A stretch of 64,000 nt of DNA from Syntrophales bacterium (GCA_040767195.1 JAXGPA010000001.1:640001-704000); one strand, 5' to 3'; shown: positions 31,068-44,237, counted from the stretch's first letter. Notes: generated by a model not told the origin, from the letters alone. Numbers and translations are program-made.

Positions 31068-31991
31068 CTAATGGGGAAAGCGAAGAGGTTTGTCCAGCCT
31101 TGTCAGTCCCGCCCGGAGGGCGAGGCGGACCGCTTCGCCGTATTCCCTGCCGGTCACTCTCCGGTTGATATCGGGTTCCGCAAAGGCATTCCCGCAGGGC
31201 CGATACTGGTCCATGATGTTCACGTAGGTGTTCCGGGAAATCTCCCTCGAGAGAAACGTCGCGATTTTTTCCGTGTCCTCCGTGCCTTCCGGCATGACGA
31301 GATGACGAACCAGGAGCCCCTTTTCCGCAATGCCCTCCGGGGAAATGACGAGGTCCCCCACCTGGCGGTGCATTTCCCGGACGGCCGCGACGGCCCTCTC
31401 TCGGTAGTCCCCGGCATCGCACAGGCGTTTCGACCGCCCGGCATCCCAGAATTTGAAATCGGGCATGTAAATATCAAACACGCCGTCGAGAATTTTAAGG
31501 GTCTCCGGCAGGTCATAGCCTCCCGAATTGTAGACCAGGGGAACGGCAAGCCCCTTTTCGGCGGCTGGGACAAGGGCCTCGAGAATCTGGGGAACCACGT
31601 GGGAAGGGCTGACGAAATTGATGTTGTGGCATCCCGCCTCCTGAAGCCGGAGCATCATGTCCGCCAGTCGCTCCGGTCCCGTCGGAATGCCTTCCCCGCC
31701 ATGGCTTATCTCGAAATTCTGGCAGAAGGAACAACGGAGGTTGCAGTGGGTGATGAAGATGGTTCCCGAACCGCCCCTTCCCACCAGGGGGGATTCCTCC
31801 CCGAAATGGGCGTGAAAGGCCGCCACGACGGCATGTCTTCCTGTGCGGCAAAAGCCCGTCTCGCCGGCCAGCCGGTTGACGGCGCAGTTCCGCGGGCAGA
31901 GTCGGCAGGACTCGAGAAGGCTCAGCGCGAGATCCACCCTTTCCCGGAGAACCCCCGAGTCCAGGAGATCACGATAGGACGGTCTTTTCAC
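31068..31991 (-). CDS. PflX-like radical SAM protein
   Basis: CRLCPRNC, HFGEE, CNLRCSFCQN, NINFVSP, YMPDFK, RHLVMP. Confidence 0.9.
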   Translation of the reverse strand: MKRPSYRDLLDSGVLRERVDLALSLLESCRLCPRNCAVNRLAGETGFCRTGRHAVVAAFHAHFGEESPLVGRGGSGTIFITHCNLRCSFCQNFEISHGGEGIPTGPERLADMMLRLQEAGCHNINFVSPSHVVPQILEALVPAAEKGLAVPLVYNSGGYDLPETLKILDGVFDIYMPDFKFWDAGRSKRLCDAGDYRERAVAAVREMHRQVGDLVISPEGIAEKGLLVRHLVMPEGTEDTEKIATFLSREISRNTYVNIMDQYRPCGNAFAEPDINRRVTGREYGEAVRLALRAGLTRLDKPLRFPH

Positions 31992-32004
31992 ATCGGCGCT
32001 CGGC

Positions 32005-32460
32005 TCACCGCCTATAGCGGCCCATGAGGGCCGCCTCTTCCAGGACATGGGAACGCATGGCCCGGAAAAGCTGCTCCTTCGTCGCGCCGGGCTCCAGGTC
32101 CAGTTCCCGGTCCAGGGCATAGAGTCTGAAAAAGTACCGGTGCGTTCCCGAGGGGGGACAGGGTCCCCCGTAGCCCATGCGGTAAAAATCGTTCGTTCCC
32201 TGCCTGCCGCCGTTCACGAGAACCGCCTCGGAAGGAACCTGCTCGGGCAGTTTCGCGATGGAGGGGGGGATGTCGTAGACGACCCAGTGAACCCAGCTTC
32301 CCATGGGAGCGTCGGGGTCTTCACAAAGGAGAGCGTAACTCTTCACACCCTCGGGCGCTCCCTCCCATTCCAGGGGGGGTGAGATGTTTTCCCCGTCGCA
32401 GGTGTGGCGGTCCGGGATCATCCCTCCTTCTTCAAAGGCCGGACTTTTCAATATCATCAA
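32005..32460 (-). CDS. YbhB/YbcL (PEBP) family protein
   Basis: SPPLEW, DPDAP, WVHW, YGGPCPP, HRY.F.LYALD. Confidence 0.93.
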   Translation of the reverse strand: MMILKSPAFEEGGMIPDRHTCDGENISPPLEWEGAPEGVKSYALLCEDPDAPMGSWVHWVVYDIPPSIAKLPEQVPSEAVLVNGGRQGTNDFYRMGYGGPCPPSGTHRYFFRLYALDRELDLEPGATKEQLFRAMRSHVLEEAALMGRYRR

Positions 32461-32583
32461 AACCTCCCTCTTTCCGTTGCCTTTTTCTCCCGTTCATACA
32501 CCGCCACTTTCCGGTACCGCGCCGTGATTCCCATGCTGCGGGCCTGCCGGGCCCGATTGGCACGCCGGGGGAGATCTCCGCCG

Positions 32584-34272
32584 TCAAAGAATTTCCCCGG
32601 TAATTTTCTCCAGGCTCTCGACAGGGTTCTTTCCCAGATGAATGGACAGGACCGGTCTTCCGAGATCCCTGAGGGCCTCTCGATCCCCCAGGGCCTGGGC
32701 GGCCTTGAGGACGCCGAAGGTGACGGAACTGCGGTTCAGGTCGTCTTCGTCGGGAATGGCCGCCTCTTCCGCCGCATCGGCGGTCAGTTGAAGGAACACG
32801 CCTTTTCCCCCGTCCCCCTTGAAGAGCTGTCCCGTGGAGTGAAGATAGCGGGGGCCGTAACCCACCGACGTGGCCCTTCCGAATCGCTCGAAGATGCGGT
32901 TTCTCAATCCCCCCAAGGCCCTCTCCGTTTCCCCGCAGGGATCCAGGTAGGCCTGGACGGCTATGTAACCGTCTTTTTTCGTCCTTTCGAAAAATGACGT
33001 GAGAATCTCGCCGGGGGACCCGCCGCCGCGTTCTCCGTAAATGCGAATCGAACCCTCTTCAAAAACGGGGGCTTCCAGGGGAAGGGTCCTTGTTTCCAGG
33101 TACCGGGCGACCATGGCCCGGGCCCTCTTCTTGGCCGATTCCACATCGGGCTGGTCGAAAGGGTTGATCCCGAGGACGTGCCCCGCCACCGCCGTCGCCA
33201 TCTCCCAGAGATAAAACTGCCAGCCCAGCTGCCTGAGATCACCGATTTCCATGGAAACGACCGGGTGCCCCCGGGCGGCCAGGCGCGTCAGCGCCGGACC
33301 GTGGGCGCCCTCCCACTTGAGGCGTATGGCAATGAAAAGACGATCCCGCCCGTAGGCCTCCGGGGGTCCCAGGGGTTCGCCTACGACGGGAAGGATCCCC
33401 CGGCCTTCCTTTCCCGTGCTTTCAGCGATGAGCTGTTCCAGCCACGCGCCGAAGGGGGCGATCTCGGGGGACAGGACAAATGTCGCCTTGTCTTTCCCGG
33501 CGAGGGCAAAGGCGCCAAGGAGTCCGCCCAAAACAAGGGCGGGGTTTTCCCTTCCGCCGCCGCGGCAGGCGTCCATGGCCGTTATTCCTGAGTCGAGAAG
33601 GCCCCGAAGGTCTGATCCCCCGAGGGCCGCTGGAAGAAGACCGAAAAAGGACAAGGCGGCGAAACGTCCTCCGATTTCGGGGTCGTTGAGAAAGAGGGCG
33701 CTGAAACGATGTTTTTCCGCCAGGTCCACGAGGGGCGAATGGGGATCGGTGACGGCGATGAAACGGCGTCCCGCCGATGCCTCTCCCACGTCCCGCACCG
33801 TTTCCCGAAAAAAGAACCGGAAAAGAGACAAGGTCTCTACGGTCGTCCCCGACTTTGTCGAGACGACGAAGCAGGTCTTTCGCGAAGCCAGTGTCTTTCG
33901 CTGATAGTTGACGAAGTCAGGGTCCGTACTGTCCACGACGGTAAGATCGAGAAACCCCGGGGCGACACCCAGGGTTTTACGGAGAACTTCCGGCGCCAGG
34001 CTCGAGCCCCCCATGCCGAGAAGAAGGGCATGGGTATAACCCTCCCGGCGAAGTTCCCCGGCAAGCCCCTCCATTTCCGCGACCCCGTCGCGCATCCTGG
34101 CAGGGCTCTCGAGCCAGCCGAGACGATTCACGATCTCCTTCGGCCCGGGTTTCCATACCCTGTGATCCCTCTCCCAGATTCTTTCCGCAACCCGGTCCCT
34201 GACGAGACGGTCCACGACCTCGGCGACGGCCGTATCAACGCCCTGAAGGCGGATGTCATGGTTCCCTTCCAA
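32584..34272 (-). CDS. pgi: Glucose-6-phosphate isomerase (type seen in Tal-Pgi fusions, without the Tal domain)
   Basis: RLGWL, GMGGSSLAPEV, KSGTT.ET, GGRF, EQLIAESTGK, NPFDQPDVESAK. Confidence 0.88.
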   Translation of the reverse strand: MEGNHDIRLQGVDTAVAEVVDRLVRDRVAERIWERDHRVWKPGPKEIVNRLGWLESPARMRDGVAEMEGLAGELRREGYTHALLLGMGGSSLAPEVLRKTLGVAPGFLDLTVVDSTDPDFVNYQRKTLASRKTCFVVSTKSGTTVETLSLFRFFFRETVRDVGEASAGRRFIAVTDPHSPLVDLAEKHRFSALFLNDPEIGGRFAALSFFGLLPAALGGSDLRGLLDSGITAMDACRGGGRENPALVLGGLLGAFALAGKDKATFVLSPEIAPFGAWLEQLIAESTGKEGRGILPVVGEPLGPPEAYGRDRLFIAIRLKWEGAHGPALTRLAARGHPVVSMEIGDLRQLGWQFYLWEMATAVAGHVLGINPFDQPDVESAKKRARAMVARYLETRTLPLEAPVFEEGSIRIYGERGGGSPGEILTSFFERTKKDGYIAVQAYLDPCGETERALGGLRNRIFERFGRATSVGYGPRYLHSTGQLFKGDGGKGVFLQLTADAAEEAAIPDEDDLNRSSVTFGVLKAAQALGDREALRDLGRPVLSIHLGKNPVESLEKITGEIL

Positions 34273-34287
34273 GAAGATCTCCCCGGC

Positions 34288-36375
34288 CTATTGACTCAGC
34301 ACTTTCCGCGCCGCGGCCATGACGTTCTCCGCTGTAATCCCGAATTTCTCATAAAGAACGTCCGACGGCGCGCTGGCGCCGAAATCGTCGAGACCGACAA
34401 CGGCCCCGCCCAAGCCCACGTAATGTTCCCACCCGATCCGTATCCCCGCCTCCACGGCCACCCGGGCCGTGACGTCGGGCGGCAGGACGCTGTCCCGGTA
34501 AGCCTGCTCCTGGGCATCAAACAATTCCCAGGATGGAAGTGATACAACACGTACCGACAGGCCTTCCTGTGAAAGACGATGACCGGCCTCCAGGGCCATG
34601 TGGAGTTCCGATCCTGTCCCGATGAGGATCACGTTGGGACGGCCACCCTCTGACTCCCAGAGGACATACCCGCCCCTTCGAAGATTTTCCGCCGGCGCGC
34701 ATCCCGAACGGTCGATGACGGGCACGTTCTGGCGGGTCAGGACGAGAACGGTGGGACCTTCACGGTTTTCGACGGCCGCTTTCCAGGCCGCGGCGGTTTC
34801 CGGCGAATCGCCGGGGCGGATGACCATGAGCCGGGGAACGCAGCGGAGGTTCATGAGCTGTTCCACGGGCTGGTGGGTCGGTCCGTCTTCCCCGACACCG
34901 ATGCTGTCATGGGTGAAAACGAAAATAACGGGAACGCCCATGAGAGCGGCGAGCCGGACAGGCGGACGCATGTAATCGGAGAAAACGAAAAAGGTTCCCG
35001 TGAAGGGCCGAACGCCCCCGTGTAGGCCCATCCCCACGGAAATGGCGCCCATGGCGTGTTCCCGGACACCGTAGTGAATGTTTCTTCCGCCATAGTCCCA
35101 ACAGCCTCCCACCGCCCCCTGGAAGTCTCTCGATAGGTTGCCGGACTTTTCCCGTCCCTGTCGAACCGGGTGGGGCCTCTGAAAATCCCCGTGATCCTTG
35201 AGCCAGGTGAAGCAGGAGGGATTCAGGTCCGCCGATCCCCCGATCAATTCGGGAAGGACCGACCCAAGATACTGGAGCACCTCCTCCGAGGCTTTTCGGG
35301 TCGCCATGGCCTTTTTCACCTCCCGGAAGGACGGGATTCCGCTTTTCCAGTTCTCCGGAAGGTCGCCCCGGGTCATCCTCTCGAACTCCAGGGCCAAGGC
35401 GGGGAATTCTGCGGTGTAACGGGAAAAGAGAGCCCGCCAGTCGGTTTCGCCCGCCTCGCCGCGGTCCACGGCACGGTGCATGAAGGCGATCACATCCTCG
35501 GGAACATGAAATTCCGGTGAAACCGGCCATCCCAGGTTTTCTTTCGCCGCCCGGACTTCCGCCTCTCCCAGGGGCGCCCCATGGGCGTGGTAGGTGTTTT
35601 CCTTGCCCGGCGACCCGTAACCGAGGATCGTCTTCACGGCGATGAGCGACGGTTTCAATGTCTCTTCCCGGGCCTCCTCCATGGCCCGATCCAGGGCCTC
35701 GAGATCGTTTCCGTCGTCCACTTCCACCACGTGCCAGTTGTAACTCGTGAAACGGCGCGTCACGTCTTCCGTGAAGGAGAGATCCGTCGCCCCGGCCAGG
35801 GAAATGCCGTTCTGATCGTAAAGGACGATGAGTTTGCCGAGACCGAGATGGCCCGCCAGGGAGCAGGCCTCCGCGCCCACACCCTCCATCATGTCCCCGT
35901 CGCTTGCCAGGACATAGGTGCGGTGATCCACCACGGGGAAGCCGGGCCTGTTGAACCGTTCGGCCAGATAGGATTCGGCGAGGGCCATGCCGACGGCGTT
36001 GGCGAGCCCCTGCCCGAGCGGTCCCGTGGTAACCTCCACGCCGGGGGTCTTCCCGTGTTCCGGGTGACCGGGCGTCTTGCTGTCCCACTGGCGGAAGTTG
36101 CGGAGATCCTCCAGGGTGACGTCATACCCTGTCAGGTAAAGGAGACTGTAAAGAAGCATGGAGCCGTGGCCGGCGGAAAGGATGAAACGGTCCCGGTCCG
36201 CCCACAGGGGATTGGCGGGATTGTATTTGAGATGCCGGGCCCAGAGGACGAAACCCAGGGCGGCCGTTCCCATGGGGAGGCCCGGGTGGCCCGACCGGGC
36301 CCGTTGAATCGCGTCCACGGAGAGAAAACGGATGGTGTTGATGCATTTCTGTAACAGGGCTCTCATATCGCTCAT
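34288..36375 (-). CDS. tkt: Transketolase
   Basis: [50 protein letters not shown]. Confidence 0.97.
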   Translation of the reverse strand: MSDMRALLQKCINTIRFLSVDAIQRARSGHPGLPMGTAALGFVLWARHLKYNPANPLWADRDRFILSAGHGSMLLYSLLYLTGYDVTLEDLRNFRQWDSKTPGHPEHGKTPGVEVTTGPLGQGLANAVGMALAESYLAERFNRPGFPVVDHRTYVLASDGDMMEGVGAEACSLAGHLGLGKLIVLYDQNGISLAGATDLSFTEDVTRRFTSYNWHVVEVDDGNDLEALDRAMEEAREETLKPSLIAVKTILGYGSPGKENTYHAHGAPLGEAEVRAAKENLGWPVSPEFHVPEDVIAFMHRAVDRGEAGETDWRALFSRYTAEFPALALEFERMTRGDLPENWKSGIPSFREVKKAMATRKASEEVLQYLGSVLPELIGGSADLNPSCFTWLKDHGDFQRPHPVRQGREKSGNLSRDFQGAVGGCWDYGGRNIHYGVREHAMGAISVGMGLHGGVRPFTGTFFVFSDYMRPPVRLAALMGVPVIFVFTHDSIGVGEDGPTHQPVEQLMNLRCVPRLMVIRPGDSPETAAAWKAAVENREGPTVLVLTRQNVPVIDRSGCAPAENLRRGGYVLWESEGGRPNVILIGTGSELHMALEAGHRLSQEGLSVRVVSLPSWELFDAQEQAYRDSVLPPDVTARVAVEAGIRIGWEHYVGLGGAVVGLDDFGASAPSDVLYEKFGITAENVMAAARKVLSQ

Positions 36376-36524
36376 AAGGGAAACGGGACCTCCGGAAGTT
36401 CTCGAACGGGGGATTTCCTTGTCCTGAAATCCCGAACGAAATTATTTAAGCAGGTCTGCAGCGAATGTGCAATTCTTTTCAGGAACACCGGGGGGATGAA
36501 AAAAAAGGAAACCAGGCCTCTTTT

Positions 36525-38291
<1,767 letters not shown>

Positions 38292-38467
38292 ATGTCTCGT
38301 CTCCTTGATCCAACAGGGGGCCGCCATGCCCGATCCCCCGTACCGTTCCCGTTCATTACCGGCGGCTTATCGAAAAAAGCCCGGGCCGCCTTTTTTTCCC
38401 CGCCTCCGCCGCATTTTTCGATGCCCTTCGCGTGCCACGGCATGAGAAACGCTCCCGGATGGCTCCT

Positions 38468-40231
38468 TCATGTCAGCTCTTCACGAAGAAGGCGGCTTTT
38501 TTCCTCCAGGAGGTTGTGACACCTTTCCGTGTCCCCTTTTTTCTGCGCCTCCACGAGCTGACGCTGAATTTCCCTGTGGCGGAAACGAAACCAGCGCTCT
38601 CTCAACCGCCTGGCCATGTCCTCCATGAACCGGTCCGCCACGTCTTCGCCGAAAGGCGTTTCGCCCATCATCATCTCGTAGAATTTCGCCCGTACTTCAG
38701 CGTTCCCCAGATTTTCAAGAAACATTCCCGGTTCTGCCTCCCCAGCCTGCCGGGCTTCCATCCAGGAGCGGCAGAGTTTTTTTGCCCGGGAATCCAGGAA
38801 ATACGGCAAAAGTCTCTTCATGTCCTCGGAAGACCACTTGTCCCGATGCTCCATGAGACAGAAAATAACGGACAACTCGAGAGGATCCGGGAGAGGCTCT
38901 TTTTTCGCTTCCGGCGCGGCGGTTTCACCGGCGGGTGTTTTCCGGAGACGCCTCTTCCTTGCTTCTTTTTCCAGAAGTTCCTCGCTTACACCCAAATATT
39001 CCGAAATTCTCCGGATGAGGAGCGTCCTCTGCAGGGCGTCGCCCATGGCGCCGATCAGCGGAAGAGCGGTCCGGGCCCTCTCGAGCTTTTCCTCCACCGT
39101 TTTTCCCGGCCCCATGATGGTTTCGATATAATAATCCGTCAGGGAGGGCGCCGTCTCGACGAGACCGTATAAACGCTCCGGGCCGAAGGTTCGAATGTAG
39201 GCGTCCGGATCGTACCCGTCGGGAAGGCGCAGCACCCAGCCGTGGATGCCCTCCTCCAGAAAAAGCTTCAGGCTTCTCTCGGCGGCATGCCGGCCCGCCT
39301 GATCGGGATCGAAGAGAAGAACGACGTTTTTCGTGAAACGGCGCAGGATGAGAACCTGTTCCCGGGTGAGGGCCGTCCCCAGGGAGGCCACAACGTGACG
39401 GATGCCCCCTTCCCAGAGGGCGATGAGGTCCATGTACCCTTCCACGAGAATGGCCCGGTCGGCCCGCCGGATATCTTCTTTCGTATCGTAAAGTCCGTAA
39501 AGAACCCTTCCCTTCGTGTAGACCGGTGTTTCGGGCGAGTTGAGGTATTTGGGTTCGCCGTTTCCGAGGAGGCGGCCCCCGAAAGCGACAACGTTCCCGT
39601 TCAGGTCAAGAACGGGAAACATGATCCGGTCCCTGAAACGGTCGTAGTGCCAGTCCCGATCCTTCCGGACCAGCAGCCCCGCCTCCTCGGCGATGCCGGC
39701 CGGAACGGCCTCTTTTCCCAGGGCGTCCTTGAGAAAATGCCAGCCGTCGCGGGCGTAGCCGATGGAAAAGCGGCCGAGGGCCTCCGCCCCGATTCCCCGG
39801 GAGGCCAGGTACGTCCTCGCCCGGTCCCCTTCCGGACCGTTGAGGGCATCCCTGAAATATCCGGCGGCGAGGCGGTTGGCCTGGAGCAGTTTTTCCCTCT
39901 TGCCAGGCTCTTTTCTCTCCTTCCGAAATTCCCGCTCGGGAAGGTCGACCCCCACCTTCACCGCAAGCGAACGGACCGCCTCGGGAAAGGAAAGGTTATT
40001 TATTTTCATCAGGAACCTGATGACGTTTCCCCCTTCTCCGCAACCGAAGCAATGAAATATCTGCCTGTCCACGTTAACGGTGAACGAGGGGGTTTTTTCG
40101 CCGTGAAAGGGACAAAGGCCCGTATAGGATTTTCCCCGTTTCCGAAGGGTGACGAACTCCGACACGATCTCCAGAATGTCCGCCCGGGAGCGGATTTCCT
40201 CTATTTTCTCATCAGGGATGTATCCGCCCAT
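38468..40231 (-). CDS. dnaG: DNA primase
   Basis: CPFH..TPSF..CFGC zinc finger, DRFRDR..FP, PKYLNSPET, VEGYMD, TOPRIM DPD.AG. Confidence 0.97.
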   Translation of the reverse strand: MGGYIPDEKIEEIRSRADILEIVSEFVTLRKRGKSYTGLCPFHGEKTPSFTVNVDRQIFHCFGCGEGGNVIRFLMKINNLSFPEAVRSLAVKVGVDLPEREFRKERKEPGKREKLLQANRLAAGYFRDALNGPEGDRARTYLASRGIGAEALGRFSIGYARDGWHFLKDALGKEAVPAGIAEEAGLLVRKDRDWHYDRFRDRIMFPVLDLNGNVVAFGGRLLGNGEPKYLNSPETPVYTKGRVLYGLYDTKEDIRRADRAILVEGYMDLIALWEGGIRHVVASLGTALTREQVLILRRFTKNVVLLFDPDQAGRHAAERSLKLFLEEGIHGWVLRLPDGYDPDAYIRTFGPERLYGLVETAPSLTDYYIETIMGPGKTVEEKLERARTALPLIGAMGDALQRTLLIRRISEYLGVSEELLEKEARKRRLRKTPAGETAAPEAKKEPLPDPLELSVIFCLMEHRDKWSSEDMKRLLPYFLDSRAKKLCRSWMEARQAGEAEPGMFLENLGNAEVRAKFYEMMMGETPFGEDVADRFMEDMARRLRERWFRFRHREIQRQLVEAQKKGDTERCHNLLEEKSRLLREELT

Positions 40232-40243
40232 TCCCCCGGTCCG

Positions 40244-40693
40244 TTATTTTCCGGCCAGCCTGACCCTGACTTTTTCACTGACCGCCTTGCCGTCGGCCTG
40301 CCCCGTGATGGCCGGCATGAGTTGCTTCATCACCTTCCCCATGTCCTTGACGCTCACGGCACTGACTTCGGCGATGGCCTTGTCGATCAGCCCGTCGATT
40401 TCCGCTTCCGAAAGCTGCCGGGGCATGAATTCCTGTATGACCTTGAGCTCCGCCTCTTCCTTTTCCGCCAGGTCTTCCCGTTTCCCGTTACGGAACTGCT
40501 CGATGGAATCCCTGCGCTGCTTGATCATGGATGAAAAAACCAGAAGGGCTTCTTTTTCGTCAAAGGCTTCCTTCAGATCAATGGCCCGGTTGTGAAGAGC
40601 GTTCTTCATCAACCGGAGCGCCGAAAGCCTCGCCCGGTCTTTCGTTTTGGTCGCTTGAATCATTTCCTGGTCCACTTTCGACACGATGTCCAT
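40244..40693 (-). CDS. yqeY: GatB/YqeY domain protein
   Basis: KQRRDSIEQF..G.R.DL..KE..E, P.QLS, DMGKVM, G.ADG. Confidence 0.92.
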   Translation of the reverse strand: MDIVSKVDQEMIQATKTKDRARLSALRLMKNALHNRAIDLKEAFDEKEALLVFSSMIKQRRDSIEQFRNGKREDLAEKEEAELKVIQEFMPRQLSEAEIDGLIDKAIAEVSAVSVKDMGKVMKQLMPAITGQADGKAVSEKVRVRLAGK

Positions 40694-40740
40694 GGGCTGA
40701 CTCCTTGACTATTTAGTTAATGGTGTATGGTTTTATTAAT

Positions 40741-40768
40741 AAAATAATGCTTTTCGTAGAGATGTCAA
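40741..40768 (-). promoter_or_regulatory. Putative sigma70 promoter of yqeY-dnaG-rpoD
   Basis: TTGACA-N16-TATTTT on the minus strand in an AT-rich gap. Confidence 0.45.
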
Positions 40769-40795
40769 TTAACGAGAGGACCGCTGAAAGAGGGC

Positions 40796-41140
40796 TTACC
40801 CCAGGCCGTCCTCCAGTTTCCTGCCCCCGAGAATGTGCATGTGAAGGTGAAAAACGACCTGTCCACCTTCAGGGTTCACGTTGATCACGGTGCGGAACCC
40901 CCGCTGGTCCATCCCCTTGATCCGGGCCGACTCCTGCCCGGCGGCAATCATGGCTCCGATCAGGGGAGTGTCCGCCTCGGTGACATCCATGAGAGTGGGG
41001 ACGTGCCGTTTCGGTATGACGATGACATGATGGGGCGCCATGGGGTGTATGTCGTCAAACGCGAGGACCAGGTCGTTTTCGAACACTTTCCTGCAGGGAA
41101 TTTCTCCCCGGACGATTCTGCAAAAAATACAATCCTCCAT
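40796..41140 (-). CDS. hinT: Histidine triad nucleotide-binding protein
   Basis: DCIFC, GGQ.VFHLHMHILGG. Confidence 0.92.
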   Translation of the reverse strand: MEDCIFCRIVRGEIPCRKVFENDLVLAFDDIHPMAPHHVIVIPKRHVPTLMDVTEADTPLIGAMIAAGQESARIKGMDQRGFRTVINVNPEGGQVVFHLHMHILGGRKLEDGLG

Positions 41141-41208
41141 GATTTTCTCCCTTCCTTCAAGGGTCTTGCGGTGTTTTCTTCCTTTCTGAAACCGGAAAAT
41201 CCGATGGT

Positions 41209-41934
41209 TTATGGGCCGGCCGCGCGAAGAGCGTCTCTCAGGGAAAGGGCGCCCGTATAAAGAGCCTTGCCGATGATGACGCCGCAGATTCCTGACGGGG
41301 CCGCCTTCTTGAGACGCTCGATATCGCCGATACCCGATACCCCCCCCGAGGCAATGACAGGGATCTTCACCGACTCGGCCAGCTGCCTTGTCGATTCGAC
41401 ATTCACGCCGGCCTCCATCCCGTCTCTTTTCGTGTCCGTGTAAACGATGGCGTCTATGCCGCTCGTTTCATACTGCCTCGCCACATCCAGGGCCAGGCGG
41501 CCCGAGTCTTCCGTCCAGGCCTCCACCATCAGGCGGCCTTCCCCGGCGTCGATGCCCAGCATAATGCGCCGGGGGTACAGCCGGCAGGCTTCGAAGACGA
41601 ACTCCGGGTCTTTCAAGGCGGCCGTTCCCAGGATCACCCAACGGACACCCGATTCCAGGTAGGATCGGACCGTTTCCAGGGTTCGGATTCCCCCGCCCAC
41701 CTGAACGGGAAGCCCGGTCCTTCCGACGATTTGCTCGATGACCGCCCCGTTTACCGGCCGGCCGCTCCTCGAACCGTCCAGGTCGACCACATGAAGCCTC
41801 AAGGCCCCCTCGTCCATCCATCTCGCAGCGATCTCAACGGGATCACTGGAAAAAACGGTCATCCGCGCAAAGTCCCCCTGAAGAAGACGGACGCAGTTCC
41901 CCTCTTTCAAGTCGATGGCCGGGATGATGATCAC
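41209..41934 (-). CDS. hisA: ProFAR isomerase
   Basis: IIPAIDL..G.CVRL.QG, LHVVDLDG, QVGGGIR, TD..RDG, IASGG. Confidence 0.96.
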   Translation of the reverse strand: MIIIPAIDLKEGNCVRLLQGDFARMTVFSSDPVEIAARWMDEGALRLHVVDLDGSRSGRPVNGAVIEQIVGRTGLPVQVGGGIRTLETVRSYLESGVRWVILGTAALKDPEFVFEACRLYPRRIMLGIDAGEGRLMVEAWTEDSGRLALDVARQYETSGIDAIVYTDTKRDGMEAGVNVESTRQLAESVKIPVIASGGVSGIGDIERLKKAAPSGICGVIIGKALYTGALSLRDALRAAGP

Positions 41935-41968
41935 CGTGTGCTCCCTGGGTAAAAGATTTTACGGGCTG

Positions 41969-42679
41969 TTAAGGGCTTATGACCCCCCCCGGCTCGGGAA
42001 AGGTGATCATGACCCGGTGGACGCCTTCCCTCGCCAGCTGCTCCGCCGTCATCCACTTTCCTTTCGCAGAGAAAAACGTTTTCACGTCCAGAAGATTTTC
42101 CATGAGGGAGGTCTGGGTCTTGTCGAAAGCGCCGTTCCATGTCGTTTCTTTACGGGGAACGTTGAAAAGATGGACGCTGAAGGCGACGGATGCGGGCTCT
42201 TCAACGGAAAAGGGTGTCCCGACCCGCTCCCGGAAACGGTAAATGTACCCGAAAAGAACACCGTCGGCGTTCAGGGCCGTGCCCAGTTTTTCCAGGTTTT
42301 CAGCGGGATGTTCCGGGGAAGATTCCTCACAGATCCGGCCGTAAGTCTCTTCGGCTTCCCCCGGCGGAATGAGGCGGAGCCCCGGAATGGAGGAAAGCTT
42401 CTCCAGGAAGAGGTTCTCCAGGATCGCCTCGGGGTTTTTCACGGTGACCCCGGCCCGGAAGGTCCTCCCGTCCAGGGGGCAACGAACGTAAAGCTCCGAC
42501 GAATCCCCCGGCGATACCTCCTGGAAGGGCGCCAGGGCAAGCACGTGGACCGGCTCCGCGGCGTCCCGCTCGGACCGGCTTGTATCCGGGCCGGCGCATC
42601 CTGCCGGAAGGAACAGGACGAAAAGCAGGAACAGAAACCGGAAGGCCCCATGGCGGCGGAAAGAACTTTTTTCAGGCAT
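41969..42679 (-). CDS. Predicted lipoprotein of unknown function
   Basis: Lipobox LPAG-C; G..L.AD.VL.G...F.ER.G..PASV.F motif. Confidence 0.7.
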   Translation of the reverse strand: MPEKSSFRRHGAFRFLFLLFVLFLPAGCAGPDTSRSERDAAEPVHVLALAPFQEVSPGDSSELYVRCPLDGRTFRAGVTVKNPEAILENLFLEKLSSIPGLRLIPPGEAEETYGRICEESSPEHPAENLEKLGTALNADGVLFGYIYRFRERVGTPFSVEEPASVAFSVHLFNVPRKETTWNGAFDKTQTSLMENLLDVKTFFSAKGKWMTAEQLAREGVHRVMITFPEPGGVISP

Positions 42680-42712
42680 GAGAATGTCCGTTCTTCAGGG
42701 ATTCACGAACCG

Positions 42713-43300
42713 TTAAAGCCGCCCTTTCGTGGACGGCACACCGGAAACCCCGGGATCCCGGGCGACAGCCTCCTTGAGGGCCCTGGCCAGGGCCTTGAAG
42801 ACCGCCTCGATCATGTGATGAGAATTACTACCATATAAGACGTGAACATGTAAAGTGATTCTCCCCTGATCGACAAGAGCCCGGAAAAAATCCCGGAAGA
42901 GGCCAAGATCGAAGTCCCGTATACGCATGTTCTCGAACGTATCGGGAAAGACCAGGAAAGGCCTCCCGGAGAGATCGACGGCAACCCCGGCCAGGCTTTC
43001 ATCCATGGGAACGAGGGAAGACCCGTAGCGGCGGATTCCCTTTTTATCCCCGAGAGCCTTGTCGAGGACCTGACCCAGCGTGATTCCGAGATCCTCCACG
43101 AGGTGATGATAATCCACATCCGTGTCTCCCTGGGCCCGGACCGTGATATCGAAACGGCCGTGGGCGGCCAGGAGATGAAGCATGTGGTCCAGAAAGGGAA
43201 CCGTCGTGTCGATGTCCCCCTGTCCGCTGCCGTCCAGGTTCCACTGGACCGACACATCCGTTTCCGCTGTCTTCCGGTGTTTCTTTTCCTTTCTTTCCAT
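42713..43300 (-). CDS. hisB: Imidazoleglycerol-phosphate dehydratase
   Basis: R.T.ET, FLDHML, D.HH.VED.GI, PMDE, N.HH..EA.FKA, PSTKG. Confidence 0.96.
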   Translation of the reverse strand: MERKEKKHRKTAETDVSVQWNLDGSGQGDIDTTVPFLDHMLHLLAAHGRFDITVRAQGDTDVDYHHLVEDLGITLGQVLDKALGDKKGIRRYGSSLVPMDESLAGVAVDLSGRPFLVFPDTFENMRIRDFDLGLFRDFFRALVDQGRITLHVHVLYGSNSHHMIEAVFKALARALKEAVARDPGVSGVPSTKGRL

Positions 43301-43364
43301 CAGAAGCCCCCCGCCTCCATCCGCCCGGCTCGCTGTTTTTTTCAGCCTCTGGCCGGGCATTCTG

Positions 43365-44237
43365 TCAGATTACCTTGTTGAGGCAATACTCTATGATGCC
43401 TTCCGCCCCCGCCTCCTGAAGGAGGGGAATCAGATCCCGGACGATCCCCTTGTCCACCACCGTTTCGACGGCGAACCACTCCTCGTTGTAAAGATTAGAA
43501 ACGGTGGGGGCCTTCAGGGAAGGAAGAAGCAGCATCACCGCACCGAGATCCTTCCGGGCGACGTTCATCTTGATACCCACCTTTCCCATGGCGCTCAGGG
43601 AACCGGTGAGAAGAACACGGATCTGATCGATCTTCCTTTTTTTCCAGGGATCGGTGCAGGCTTCCCGGTTGGCAATGAGCTGGGTATTCGTCTTCAAGAG
43701 CTCGTGGATGATGCGGAGCTTGTTCGCCCGAAGGGTGCTTCCCGTTTCCGTCACTTCCACGATGGCGTCCACAAGTCCTTCCACGACCTTGGCCTCTGTA
43801 GCCCCCCAGGAAAACTCCACGTGGACACGAATCCCCTTTTCCTGAAAATAGCGCCGGGTGAAATTCACCAGCTCCGTGGAAATCTTTTTTCCCTCCAGCT
43901 CCTCGATGGTCTGGACGGGGGAATCCTCGCGGACGACAACGACCCACCTGGCCTGCCTCGTGGAGGCCTTGGAGTAGACGAGATCCTGGACAACCGTCAC
44001 CTGGGAATCGTTTTCCAGAACCCAGTCACGGCCCGTCAGCCCCAGGTCAAGGGTCCCGTTTTCCACATATCGGGCCATTTCCTGGGCCCGGACGAAGGAA
44101 CAGCTGATTTCGTCGTCGTCGATGTCAGGAAAATAACTCCGGTTGTCGTAAGAGATCCGCCAACCCGCCCGCTTGAACAGCTCGACGGTGCTTGACTCGA
44201 GACTTCCTTTCGGCAGTCCGATTTTGAGTTTCATCAT
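43365..44237 (-). CDS. hisG: ATP phosphoribosyltransferase (long form)
   Basis: [33 protein letters not shown]. Confidence 0.95.
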   Translation of the reverse strand: MMKLKIGLPKGSLESSTVELFKRAGWRISYDNRSYFPDIDDDEISCSFVRAQEMARYVENGTLDLGLTGRDWVLENDSQVTVVQDLVYSKASTRQARWVVVVREDSPVQTIEELEGKKISTELVNFTRRYFQEKGIRVHVEFSWGATEAKVVEGLVDAIVEVTETGSTLRANKLRIIHELLKTNTQLIANREACTDPWKKRKIDQIRVLLTGSLSAMGKVGIKMNVARKDLGAVMLLLPSLKAPTVSNLYNEEWFAVETVVDKGIVRDLIPLLQEAGAEGIIEYCLNKVI

